The notes: a model not told the origin generated them from the sequence alone. Shown: positions 16,791 to 25,984, numbered from the stretch's first letter. The stretch: DNA of 41,434 bases from a virus (IMGVR_UViG_3300025018_000049:1-41434), one strand, 5' to 3'. Numbers and translations: made by a program.

Positions 16791-17674
16791 AATACAGAGA
16801 GTTTATAGAACTCTATTTCATGGTGGATAAGGCAGAAACCGGAGAGTTAGTCCCCTTCAAGTTCAATAAAGTTCAGAGCATGTATTATGATCTCTTGAAC
16901 AAAGACTACTTCGAGGAGGATAACTGGCCGGGCCTTCGTGAAGATATACTAAAAGCCAGAAGGGAGGGGATGACCACCTTCATCCTTGCTTTGTTTGCGG
17001 CTGAGATGATCTGGTCAAAACATCCGATCAGATCGCTGGAGATCTCCTATAAGGATGATGCAACCCTCCAGCATTTCAGAAGGTTCAAAACATTTTTAGA
17101 GAGTTACTGTAAAAAGAGAGGGCTAAACTTCAAAGAGTTTGTGGAAACCGATAACAAGCATGAGTTGATACTAAAGCACAACCGGGCCTCATTCTTCGTA
17201 GGAACTGCAAGCGCGCGCACTGGAGAGCGTGGTGGAACCGTTCAGAACATTCTATTCTCAGAAGCGGCTTTCTACCCAGACACCGAAGTTATGACCGCCA
17301 GAGAGATCATAGAGGCCTCTATGCGAATGGTAGACATCAATGCCGGTAAAGTATTCATCGAGTCAACCGCCAATGGAGTTGGTAACTACTACCATAGCCT
17401 GTGGATAAACGCCTCAAAGGGTGAGTCCAGGTTCAGGCCCCGGTTCTGGGGATGGCGTGATTTTTATACCGAGGATGAGTTTAAGCTGATAGCCAGTGAG
17501 TTCACTAGCGAGGCGATGTTGAAACAAGAATATCCAGAGACACCAGAGGAAGCCTTCATCGCGGCTGGTTCCCCATTCTTTGATCCAGATGCGCTCCTGA
17601 ACTATCGGAAAGAGGTCAGAGAGCCAGTTGTGAGGGGTGATCTAACCGGGGGAAGGCCAGTGGTGGTGGTTTAA
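16787..17674 (+). CDS. terL: Terminase large subunit, ATPase half
   Basis: LKARREGMTT (Walker A), ILFSEAAFY (Walker B), ESTANG, QEYP...EEAF. Confidence 0.85.
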   Translation: MKYREFIELYFMVDKAETGELVPFKFNKVQSMYYDLLNKDYFEEDNWPGLREDILKARREGMTTFILALFAAEMIWSKHPIRSLEISYKDDATLQHFRRFKTFLESYCKKRGLNFKEFVETDNKHELILKHNRASFFVGTASARTGERGGTVQNILFSEAAFYPDTEVMTAREIIEASMRMVDINAGKVFIESTANGVGNYYHSLWINASKGESRFRPRFWGWRDFYTEDEFKLIASEFTSEAMLKQEYPETPEEAFIAAGSPFFDPDALLNYRKEVREPVVRGDLTGGRPVVVV

Positions 17675-18327
17675 TGTTCAGGCAATTTAGAAAATTAAAA
17701 GAGGATGAAGAACTACTAATTGGGGCTGATCCATCAGAAGGTGGTGATCCTTGCGCGGCTATATGTCTATCCAGAAACTATGTTGATGTGCCAATCGTTT
17801 TCACCATGAACACTGAGTCATCCCAGTTCGGTTACGAACTAGACAAACTTGGTAGGTATATCTGGCAACAAACCCATGTCTATCCCATGATCGCCCCAGA
17901 GCGTAACACTGGGGCCGCCACAATCGCCAGACTAAAAGACTTAAACTACCCTTCCTTGTTTAGAATGAAGGATTTTACAAGCACCGATCCCAAAGCATCT
18001 TTAAATATAGGATGGGTCACCAGTTCCCTCACCCGCCCCAAAATGCTAGATGACTTGTCTCTAGCCGTAAGACAGCATATTATCGCTATATACGATGGGC
18101 CTATAATAGATGAAATGCAGACGTTCGTAAGAAACAAACAAGGTAGACCAGAGGCCCGGCAAGGATGTCATGATGACCAGGTGATGGCCCTGGCAATCGC
18201 CTGGCAGTTATACTTGCTAGGAACTAAAGAGGGGAGCGATCAATTCCCAGAAGCCCCCAGGGGATCAGTTCTGGATGTATTGGCTGGGATCCAAAGAGCA
18301 AAAGAAGATTATATAGGTAATAACTAA
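17674..18327 (+). CDS. terL: Terminase large subunit, nuclease half
   Basis: IGADPSEG.D, PERNTG, GCHDDQVMALAIA. Confidence 0.85.
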   Translation: MFRQFRKLKEDEELLIGADPSEGGDPCAAICLSRNYVDVPIVFTMNTESSQFGYELDKLGRYIWQQTHVYPMIAPERNTGAATIARLKDLNYPSLFRMKDFTSTDPKASLNIGWVTSSLTRPKMLDDLSLAVRQHIIAIYDGPIIDEMQTFVRNKQGRPEARQGCHDDQVMALAIAWQLYLLGTKEGSDQFPEAPRGSVLDVLAGIQRAKEDYIGNN

Positions 18328-18341
18328 CGAAAGGAGACACA

Positions 18342-18671
18342 ATGGAGTTTAAAAACGTAGCCTACCACAGAGTAGAGGCAGTGCTAGAGGATGGTAAAAC
18401 AGTAGTAGGATTTGAGCCGGGAGAGGTTCATGAGATACCAGATGATCAAAAAGAGAGGATGGAAGCGCGCTATCCTCACATGCTAGTAGAAGTGGGAACG
18501 ATGATAACGGCTGATCCAGTAGTGGTTGAACCAGAGAATAAGGTTCCGACATCCCTGGACTCTCAAGAACTACGGACACCGGATGAGATCATGTTCCCTT
18601 GCGATGAATGTGACTTTAAAGCTAAAAGCAAACTGGGCCTGATCGGACACAAGAGGAGCCATCTAAAATAA
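18342..18671 (+). CDS. Protein with C-terminal C2H2 zinc finger
   Basis: FPCDECDFKAKSKLGLIGHKRSH. Confidence 0.7.
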   Translation: MEFKNVAYHRVEAVLEDGKTVVGFEPGEVHEIPDDQKERMEARYPHMLVEVGTMITADPVVVEPENKVPTSLDSQELRTPDEIMFPCDECDFKAKSKLGLIGHKRSHLK

Positions 18672-18856
18672 TGCCAAGAACCATTTATCAACTAACCCCC
18701 GAAGAAGGCCGGCTGATAGAGATAGTTCGAAACATCAAATATGGCACGATTCAGGAGATAACAGTGAGAGATGGGAAATTAAAACTCTGTAAGGTGGCGA
18801 CACCCCCAGAGGTTTTTGGTATAGCAGTGGTAGAATCAATAACATTGGAGGCATAA
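18671..18856 (+). CDS. YezD/DUF2292-like small protein
   Basis: IVRNIKYGTIQEITVRDGKL. Confidence 0.55.
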   Translation: MPRTIYQLTPEEGRLIEIVRNIKYGTIQEITVRDGKLKLCKVATPPEVFGIAVVESITLEA

Positions 18857-18937
18857 TGGAACCATATTATTTTACAGAAGGATCATGGATCACTTGCACC
18901 AGCATGACCATCGACAAAATAAGCACAGCCGAAACAC

Positions 18938-18966
18938 TTGACAAATCCGAGTAAATAACTTATGCT
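18938..18966 (+). promoter_or_regulatory. Sigma70 promoter of the head-gene operon
   Basis: TTGACA-17-TATGCT. Confidence 0.7.
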
Positions 18967-18987
18967 GTTCTTAACAATTTAAAACTT

Positions 18988-19041
18988 TCAAAAAGACCAA
19001 AGGAAGAACCTACGCGTCCATCGTGTTCAGGTTCTTTTTGA
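18988..19041 (+). terminator. Leader hairpin/attenuator upstream of khpA
   Basis: AAGAACCT 19004-19011 / AGGTTCTT 19029-19036 followed by Ts. Confidence 0.5.
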
Positions 19042-19053
19042 TAAAGGAGACTT

Positions 19054-19320
19054 ATGGCTAAGATAGACGAAGATGTAGCGTTTTTGACCGCAGTAGTTGG
19101 CCCCCTTTGCACTAAACCAGAAGAAATAGAGATTGACAAGAAGATCGATGACATTGGCACGCTTTTGATACTTCAATGCGCGAAGGATGACATTGGGAGA
19201 CTGATTGGCAAGGAAGGGGAGACAGCCAAAGCCCTCCGAAGAATCTTGCATACTTACGGTTCTATCAGTGAACAAAAAGTCAACTTAAGGATCGGAGATC
19301 CTAAAAGGAGCGAAGTTTGA
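19054..19320 (+). CDS. khpA: KH-domain RNA-binding protein KhpA (YlqC/UPF0109-like)
   Basis: DDIGRLIGKEGETAKALRRIL (GxxG KH loop); 88 aa; KVNLRI end. Confidence 0.85.
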   Translation: MAKIDEDVAFLTAVVGPLCTKPEEIEIDKKIDDIGTLLILQCAKDDIGRLIGKEGETAKALRRILHTYGSISEQKVNLRIGDPKRSEV

Positions 19321-21062
19321 AAAAAACAGAGATCAATATTATAAAAAACCGTATTGATCGGGGATCTGAGTATTGGAAGAAAGAGAACAAAGACAAGTTT
19401 GATCGCTTCAGACGTTATTTGCAGATCAAACATTATGCTGATACTAAGGTTCAAAAGGACAGAATCACCGTCCCCTACATCCACGCTATTATAAGAACTA
19501 AACTCCCGGCTATTTTTATACGAAACCCAAAGTATTTAGTTAAACCAAAAGGCAAAACAGCCTTAAATGGGGATGGTCAAGATACCGTAGACACGATCAA
19601 CAACCAGCCGGTGATGCAAGCGCTGATGAACTATATGCCAGATGAGATTGGCATGGAGGATGAATGTAAACTAGCCGTCCTTGATTATCTCGGTTTCGGG
19701 ATGGGAATTGTCAAAGTAGCCTACGAATTTGAATGTGAGGGCGAGGATGACGATGAACTAAAGATCCTGGCTGATCGCTTTTATGTTAAGAGAATCGCCT
19801 ATCCAAAGGGTGATTTTATCTGGGATCCAGAATCAACCACCGGCCTTGCTGGGGCCAGATGGTGCGCTGAGAAGATGACTTCCCCACTCCAAGATCTTAA
19901 AGACTCAAAGTTCTTTAAGAATACGGCTGATCTGAAACCAAATGCCAAGATAGAGAAGGATCTAGCTTCCAACAACTCCAACAAACCAACGGCTGATGAG
20001 GAGCGGGTAGAATACTGGTTATACTGGGAAAAGAATAGATACGGCAAGGTTACCAAATACGCCTATGTAGTAGTTGATCAGAAGATCGAACTGGCCTCTG
20101 GGAATAATCCCTTCCAGCATGCTGACTGGCCCTACGAGGAAGCCAAAAACTATATGATCCCAGACTACACCTTCCCAGTAGGCGACATCGAACCGATTGA
20201 AACCCAACAAAACGAACTTGATAAGGCCGAAACGATCATGTTCAACCACATGAAGCGCTTTATCCAAAAGTATAAGATGAAGAAGGGCGCGCTCGACAGT
20301 AAGGGAATAAGCGCGATGGAATCTCCAGAATCAGTAGTAGTTGAAATGGCCGGGGATATGTCCGAGCTTATGGCTCTCGACAACCCATCAGTATCTAGCA
20401 CCGTTCCATTGGCCGTTGCCACTATCAAAAGCGATATGGACAACTCAAGCGGTATAAATGAGTTTAAGCGCGGAGCCGGCGCTCAAACCAAAAAAACAGC
20501 CACCGAGGTTAATGCAACCGAGGAAGGATCTAAACAGCGCTCTGATGATGCCCTCCGAGACGTTGAGAAGTTTATGAAGAACATTGGCCGTAAGTTGATG
20601 CAACTTATCCAGCAGTATGCTACTGAGGATATGGTCATAAAGATTGCCGGAGACACCGATGAGGTTAAGAACTTCCCCATTATCTCCCCAGAGGACATCC
20701 AGGGAGAGTATGATCTTGAGGTAGAGCCTCACTCCACCGCTCCAATCGACCTACAAATCCAAAAGAGACAAGCGATGGATCTATACAACATTATGGCCAA
20801 AGACCCGGATGTTATGGCCAGCTTTGATGCCAGAAACGAACTAAGAAGAATAGTCCTTACCGCCTTTGATGTAAAGAATATCGAACCATTTATAACCAAC
20901 CCCATAGAACAGACGCAAAACCAGATCGAGGCGATGGCTGGCGGGATGCCCGAAGAAGGTGGAGAGGGGATGCCCGGCGCTCCAATGGCCCCACAAGGCC
21001 CAGATATGGTCAACCCGAACATGCAACCCGCATCTCCAACACTAGCGAGGTTTAACCAATGA
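19317..21062 (+). CDS. Portal protein (P22-like)
   Basis: 581 aa; position after the terminase; GMGIVKV, TATEV, DIQGEYDLEV motifs; Pro/Met/Gly-rich tail. Confidence 0.85.
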   Translation: MKKTEINIIKNRIDRGSEYWKKENKDKFDRFRRYLQIKHYADTKVQKDRITVPYIHAIIRTKLPAIFIRNPKYLVKPKGKTALNGDGQDTVDTINNQPVMQALMNYMPDEIGMEDECKLAVLDYLGFGMGIVKVAYEFECEGEDDDELKILADRFYVKRIAYPKGDFIWDPESTTGLAGARWCAEKMTSPLQDLKDSKFFKNTADLKPNAKIEKDLASNNSNKPTADEERVEYWLYWEKNRYGKVTKYAYVVVDQKIELASGNNPFQHADWPYEEAKNYMIPDYTFPVGDIEPIETQQNELDKAETIMFNHMKRFIQKYKMKKGALDSKGISAMESPESVVVEMAGDMSELMALDNPSVSSTVPLAVATIKSDMDNSSGINEFKRGAGAQTKKTATEVNATEEGSKQRSDDALRDVEKFMKNIGRKLMQLIQQYATEDMVIKIAGDTDEVKNFPIISPEDIQGEYDLEVEPHSTAPIDLQIQKRQAMDLYNIMAKDPDVMASFDARNELRRIVLTAFDVKNIEPFITNPIEQTQNQIEAMAGGMPEEGGEGMPGAPMAPQGPDMVNPNMQPASPTLARFNQ

Positions 21063-21316
21063 AAGATTTAAAACAAATGATGACCAAGAGGAATGAGGTT
21101 TTTGGAGATATGTCTCCGAAGATCAGCATCAACCTCACCATCGATATGCCAGATCTTCACAAGAAAGCAGTGGAGAATAACACCAACCGGGCCGATAAGT
21201 TGAAGGCCGCCTTGAACTCTACCAACAAAAGTATGGTAGAGAATTTGATGACAAAAATGAGAGAGAATCCTATATATGTAAAGTCCGGATCGGATCATGT
21301 AGGAGGAGGGGCTTAA
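21059..21316 (+). CDS. Hypothetical protein
   Basis: ATGA overlap with the portal gene. Confidence 0.55.
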   Translation: MKDLKQMMTKRNEVFGDMSPKISINLTIDMPDLHKKAVENNTNRADKLKAALNSTNKSMVENLMTKMRENPIYVKSGSDHVGGGA

Positions 21317-21319
21317 AGC

Positions 21320-21368
21320 CTCTCATGAGGGCGCTTGAAGGATCACCTCCTTTCAGCCCTCATGAGAG
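21320..21368 (+). promoter_or_regulatory. Hairpin enclosing the 16S rRNA 3'-end sequence GGATCACCTCCTTT
   Basis: 13-bp stem CTCTCATGAGGGC/GCCCTCATGAGAG; anti-SD at 21340-21353. Confidence 0.7.
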
Positions 21369-21398
21369 TCAATAAGACTCACTAAAAAGGAGAACAAA

Positions 21399-22163
21399 AT
21401 GTCAGAACCTACCACTTCGCTCGCTGAACCTGCGGTCATAGGGCCAGAAGTTGCAGCAGATGAAACCCTAACCACAGAACCAGTAGAGACGAATAACGTA
21501 GAACCTGATCAAGAGGAATCCACAACGGATACTGATGATCAATCTACCGAATCAGACGAGAGTTTCATGGATCTTAAAACTGTCCCTAAGGAACTAGAGG
21601 GCGCGGCTAAAAAGATGCAAGCCGAATACACCAAGAAAATGCAAGCACTTGCAACCAGCCGGAGAGCCGAACAACTAGATCCCACCAAGACAGCCCCACC
21701 CCCGGAAGATGGGTCAACTGATCCAGACCGAGCTGAGATTCAACAGTTCCTAAAAACTCCCCAGGGATCGGCTCTAAAAAGCCTGCTCATGGAAGAAATG
21801 GCCTCTGAACTAGGTATAGGAGACATCAAGCAAAGAGTCTATACATCAGAAGCCGACAAGGAAGTGGCACAAGTAACACAAAAATATGGGGAAGAAGCGA
21901 TCCGCGATAACTACGATCAGATTATGGAGATGATGGAAAAGTATCCAACCGCACCTCTAGATATGATATGCTCCTCCGTTCTGTTTGACACCGTAAAGAC
22001 AAGCGCTGTGAATGAAGGTAAACAGATCGTGCGACAAAAGATCCAGGAAAAGAAACAAGGCTCGATGGCTAGTGGAAATTCTACTTCGCCAGTAACCACA
22101 ACCCAAACGAAAGCCAACAGTTTCGAGGAAGCGTTCAAACAGGCGATGTCCGATAATAAATAA
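21399..22163 (+). CDS. Capsid scaffolding protein
   Basis: Acidic N-terminus; MQAEYTKKMQALA; SFEEAF C-terminus; directly before the major capsid gene. Confidence 0.8.
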   Translation: MSEPTTSLAEPAVIGPEVAADETLTTEPVETNNVEPDQEESTTDTDDQSTESDESFMDLKTVPKELEGAAKKMQAEYTKKMQALATSRRAEQLDPTKTAPPPEDGSTDPDRAEIQQFLKTPQGSALKSLLMEEMASELGIGDIKQRVYTSEADKEVAQVTQKYGEEAIRDNYDQIMEMMEKYPTAPLDMICSSVLFDTVKTSAVNEGKQIVRQKIQEKKQGSMASGNSTSPVTTTQTKANSFEEAFKQAMSDNK

Positions 22164-22181
22164 AGAAAGGTAAACGAACAA

Positions 22182-23132
22182 ATGGCTTTGACATTTTCAG
22201 TCCCAGATTCAGTCCTCTCGACTACTCTGGCAAACTACAAAGAAAAACTAGAAGATAATATCTTCAAGACTATTCCTCTATACCACAAGCTATACTCTGA
22301 TGGTAAGAAAAGAACCCTCTCTGGTGGTGACTCAATCGTAGTTCCACTGATGTATGGTAAAAACACTACCGTTGCTGGTTACTCTGGATATGGGATCATA
22401 GATACTACTCCACAAGAAGGCATAACAGCTGCTAAATACAACTGGAAGCAAATCGGTGGTTCAGTATCTATCTCAGGTAAAGAAGCAAGACAGAACTCTG
22501 GAGCAGAACAAATCATCAACCTATTGAAATCTAAGACCATGCAGTTGGAAAACAGCATGCGAGAATATATGGGCGGTAAATTGTTCGCTGCATCCACAAC
22601 TGATGCCGGCACTGATCCTCATGGACTAGCTACAATCGTAGCCACTTCTGGAACAGTTGGCGGAATCGCTAAGGCTACTTATTCATGGTGGCAGTCTCAA
22701 ACCGGAACAGCTGCATCTTTTGCTGCTAACGGTTTAGATGAAATGAGAAACTTATTCAACGACTGTTCACAGTTCTCTGCTGCTGATCATCCAGACTTCA
22801 TCATCACTGATCAAACAAACTTTGAAAGGTATGAGAAGATCCTGCAACCTCAAGAGAGATTTAACGATAGCAAAACTGCTGATGGTGGTTTCCAGAATCT
22901 TTTGTTCAAGGCAGTTCCTTTGACTTGGGATCCTCAATGCACCGCTGGCAAAATGTATCTCTTAAACACTAAATATCTTGAGTTAGTAGTTCACTCAGAT
23001 GCCGATCTAAAGTTCGGTGAGTTCCAAGAACCAGAAAACCAAGATGCAAAGGTCGCAAAGATGATCTGGATGGGTGAATTGACAGTATCAAACTGCGCAA
23101 AACAGGGCGTATTAACGGTAACCGCTGCTTAA
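22182..23132 (+). CDS. Major capsid protein
   Basis: STTLANY..LEDNIF, GGDSIVVPL, YNWKQ, GFQNLLFK, YLLNTKYL, QGVL. Confidence 0.9.
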   Translation: MALTFSVPDSVLSTTLANYKEKLEDNIFKTIPLYHKLYSDGKKRTLSGGDSIVVPLMYGKNTTVAGYSGYGIIDTTPQEGITAAKYNWKQIGGSVSISGKEARQNSGAEQIINLLKSKTMQLENSMREYMGGKLFAASTTDAGTDPHGLATIVATSGTVGGIAKATYSWWQSQTGTAASFAANGLDEMRNLFNDCSQFSAADHPDFIITDQTNFERYEKILQPQERFNDSKTADGGFQNLLFKAVPLTWDPQCTAGKMYLLNTKYLELVVHSDADLKFGEFQEPENQDAKVAKMIWMGELTVSNCAKQGVLTVTAA

Positions 23133-23155
23133 TAGCAGTATAGAAAGGGGTTAAT

Positions 23156-23416
23156 ATGGCTTTCGCATCAACAGTCTCAGGCTCAACAGTATTCGGAGAT
23201 CTTCGTGTCACTTATGGGACATGGACAACCGATACCACGACCGGAGACATAAACACTGGACTAGGAACCGTTCTAAGTATGCAGATCACCGGGGCCGGAT
23301 CCTCAGTAGTAGCAGATGCTCCTACAATCAATGAGACTCTACCTTGCGCTGGATCTGCTGTAACAATCATCTGCACTACATCGACCGTAGGATATTGGAT
23401 CGCGTTCGGGAAGTGA
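23156..23416 (+). CDS. Small virion (decoration-like) protein
   Basis: Thr/Ser/Gly-rich beta protein after the capsid gene; ends YWIAFGK. Confidence 0.55.
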   Translation: MAFASTVSGSTVFGDLRVTYGTWTTDTTTGDINTGLGTVLSMQITGAGSSVVADAPTINETLPCAGSAVTIICTTSTVGYWIAFGK

Positions 23417-23423
23417 TTTTACC

Positions 23424-23828
23424 ATGACAGAGCCAATAATCAAAAAATGTTATCTATGTGGTTCATCTGAAAATGGTTTTTATAAGAATGAAAATCGTTG
23501 TAAGGTTTGTCGCAACAAGATAACTCGTAAATGGCATGAGGAACACCCTGAACGTTCGTATCTCCTACAAAGAGATTCATACGACAAGACTCTCTATGGT
23601 CTTCCAAAAGGTTCAAGAGAACGTATGTTGAAAGAACAGAATGGGGAATGTGCGATTTGCGGACAAGTCCCGACCACTAGGAGAGGTCTAGCGATAGACC
23701 ACGACCACGAAACAGGACAAGTAAGAGGATTATTGTGTCATGGCTGTAACATCGCAATAGGAAACTTCGGAGACGACATCGAGTTAATGCAAAAAGCAAT
23801 CGATTATCTATCCGCTTTCGGGAAATAG
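23424..23828 (+). CDS. Endonuclease VII-like homing endonuclease
   Basis: QNGECAICG...LAIDHDHETGQVRGLLCHGCNIAIG. Confidence 0.9.
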   Translation: MTEPIIKKCYLCGSSENGFYKNENRCKVCRNKITRKWHEEHPERSYLLQRDSYDKTLYGLPKGSRERMLKEQNGECAICGQVPTTRRGLAIDHDHETGQVRGLLCHGCNIAIGNFGDDIELMQKAIDYLSAFGK

Positions 23829-23843
23829 AAATTGAAATAAACG

Positions 23844-23863
23844 GGCGGGGGGAAACTCCCGCC
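23844..23863 (+). terminator. GC-rich hairpin with GAAA loop
   Basis: GGCGGGGG-GAAA-CTCCCGCC; no U tract. Confidence 0.45.
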
Positions 23864-23899
23864 GTCAGTGAATATAAATAACAAAGAAGGAGAATAACC

Positions 23900-24370
23900 A
23901 TGTTATTCCAAAGAATCAACAGAACCGATGCCGAAAAAGTATATATTATCGCTAAGAATACATCTGGAGCTTCACTTGCTGCTAACCTACCAGTTTACTT
24001 CGAAACTGACGAACAGTCAGACGGAGTAGCTGTCTCTCAGATGATCACTGGTGGTAACTTGCTTTTTGCTGGTATCAACCACTCTACACTTGCTGATGAC
24101 GGATATGGATTGGTTCAGGTATACGGCGCTCGAACAAGCGCAGTTGTCTCACCAGTTGTATCTACTTATTCCGCTACTCCTGGCACACGTCTAGTTGGCG
24201 TTGCTGGCGCTGCTTATCTAGCCTACGGATCTCAGTTGTCTGCTGGTATCACTACCGAGGCCACACTTGTTGCTGGGCTTGATAACTTCGTAGTTAGTAT
24301 GGAAACCATCGCTTCAGCTGATGGGAAATCCGCTACTGCAAACGCGTCCGTATTTATACGGGCTTTATAG
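23900..24370 (+). CDS. Capsid decoration/cement protein
   Basis: YGLVQVYG motif; Ala/Gly-rich; highly expressed codon style like the capsid gene. Confidence 0.6.
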   Translation: MLFQRINRTDAEKVYIIAKNTSGASLAANLPVYFETDEQSDGVAVSQMITGGNLLFAGINHSTLADDGYGLVQVYGARTSAVVSPVVSTYSATPGTRLVGVAGAAYLAYGSQLSAGITTEATLVAGLDNFVVSMETIASADGKSATANASVFIRAL

Positions 24371-24374
24371 CACT

Positions 24375-24403
24375 TTGCAAAACATTGTAATATGCTCTAT
24401 AAT
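24375..24403 (+). promoter_or_regulatory. Sigma70 promoter before the HNH gene
   Basis: TTGCAA-17-TATAAT. Confidence 0.6.
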
Positions 24404-24428
24404 ATAGTAACTGACAAAAGGAGTTACT

Positions 24429-24917
24429 ATGAATGGCAAACAAAGCCCGGAGCATATTACAAAAAGACTGGAATCCAGAAGGCGAAACAACCCGAACTAT
24501 ATGCCTTCTGGATATACGGTCTGGAATAAGGGGAAAACAAAAGAAACAGATGAAAGAGTAGCGAAACAGGCCAAGAGCGCAGTAATAGGCAGAAAGTATC
24601 AATCAAATGGTTACGTCTGGGTATATCAACCAGACCATCCCAGCGCAGACAGAAGCGGATATGTAGCAGAACATCGGTTAGTAGCCGAGAAAAAGATTGG
24701 AAGATACCTCTACCAGCATGAAATAGTCCACCATAAAAATGAGATAAAAGACGATAACAGTCAGGATAATGTAGAAGTTATGACACAGAAAGAACATGCA
24801 AAGTTACATGATTGGAGTAAGGGAGGATTTGAAAAGGGCAAAACCCCCTGGAATAAAGGGAAGACAAAGGTTGATTATCCGCAACTAAGTAATAGCGGAA
24901 GAAAGAAAAAGGTGTAA
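24429..24917 (+). CDS. Free-standing HNH endonuclease with NUMOD-type WNKGK repeats
   Basis: GYVAEHRLVAE...VHHKNEIKDDN; VWNKGKTK and PWNKGKTK. Confidence 0.9.
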   Translation: MNGKQSPEHITKRLESRRRNNPNYMPSGYTVWNKGKTKETDERVAKQAKSAVIGRKYQSNGYVWVYQPDHPSADRSGYVAEHRLVAEKKIGRYLYQHEIVHHKNEIKDDNSQDNVEVMTQKEHAKLHDWSKGGFEKGKTPWNKGKTKVDYPQLSNSGRKKKV

Positions 24918-24919
24918 AT

Positions 24920-25984
24920 GTGAAAAAACTAAAACTTCTATTCGTAGATGGGACGGCTGGTTTCTCACCAGATCGGATCAAAAACAAACCAACCGGCGGG
25001 ATCCTAAACTCTCTGACCATCATCCCGCAATACCTGGCCCAATCAGGCCATGAAGTATATGTCTCATGCACCATTGACAAGTTAAAAACTGTGAACGGTG
25101 TAACCTACCTCCCGCTATCTCACCAGGACAAAATCCCGAAGTGGGATATTATCGTATTCAACCGCAACTCTTTAAATGGGAGGATGGTATCTTATTCAAA
25201 AAGCATTGGAGCCAAGACAGTTTGGTGGCTCCATGACATCGTAGACTTTAGATATTTAGAGGATGGCTCCTATAAGCACGTTGACAAAATAATAGCCCTA
25301 TCACAATACTGCAAACGATCCTACTCCGAGTTTTATGATCTACCAGATGAGAAGTTCGTGGTCATACCAAACGGAGTAGACAAAGAGATATTCTACCCAG
25401 GAGACTATAAGAAGCGCAAGAAGTATAAAATGATCATGGCCAGCGCGCCGATCAAAGGATACATGCCTATCGAGTTCACCTGGCAGAATGTCAAAAGACA
25501 ATTCCCGGATGCTGAACTATATATTTACTCAAACCAATCACTACACAACAAAGAAAATTCAACCGCAACCGATCACTTCCTACATGAAATGGAAGATCAG
25601 GGCGCGATGGTGATGCAACCGGTCAAACAAGAGATCCTGGCTGAGATCATGAGAAGCGCCTGGATCCTACTGATGCCGAACTCCTATCCAGAGATCTGCT
25701 CCAACCTACTGCTCCAGGCCCGCGCGTGCGGACTACCAGTAGTGACAACAAATATCGGGGCCAATCCAGAGTTTATAGATGAGAAAACAGGCGTGATCAG
25801 CGGAGACTACCCCCATGACATCTGGTTGTGGGTTAAAAAGTATACTGAGGCGACTGTCAGCCTATGTAAAGACCAAAAACGTCACCAGGGTATATCAGAA
25901 CAAACGACAGAGGGTATCCCCGATTGGAATGAAATAGCAGAAAAATGGTTAATTGAACTGGAGGCATTATGCGACAAAAACTAA
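24920..25984 (+). CDS. Glycosyltransferase, GT4-like (GT-B)
   Basis: WWLHD, VIPNGVD, YPEICSNLLLQARACGLPVVTT. Confidence 0.88.
   Translation: MKKLKLLFVDGTAGFSPDRIKNKPTGGILNSLTIIPQYLAQSGHEVYVSCTIDKLKTVNGVTYLPLSHQDKIPKWDIIVFNRNSLNGRMVSYSKSIGAKTVWWLHDIVDFRYLEDGSYKHVDKIIALSQYCKRSYSEFYDLPDEKFVVIPNGVDKEIFYPGDYKKRKKYKMIMASAPIKGYMPIEFTWQNVKRQFPDAELYIYSNQSLHNKENSTATDHFLHEMEDQGAMVMQPVKQEILAEIMRSAWILLMPNSYPEICSNLLLQARACGLPVVTTNIGANPEFIDEKTGVISGDYPHDIWLWVKKYTEATVSLCKDQKRHQGISEQTTEGIPDWNEIAEKWLIELEALCDKN

Noticed and set aside
21340-21353. A 16S rRNA gene fragment
   Set aside because: Only 14 nt match and the flanks do not resemble helix 45; kept as a regulatory motif instead
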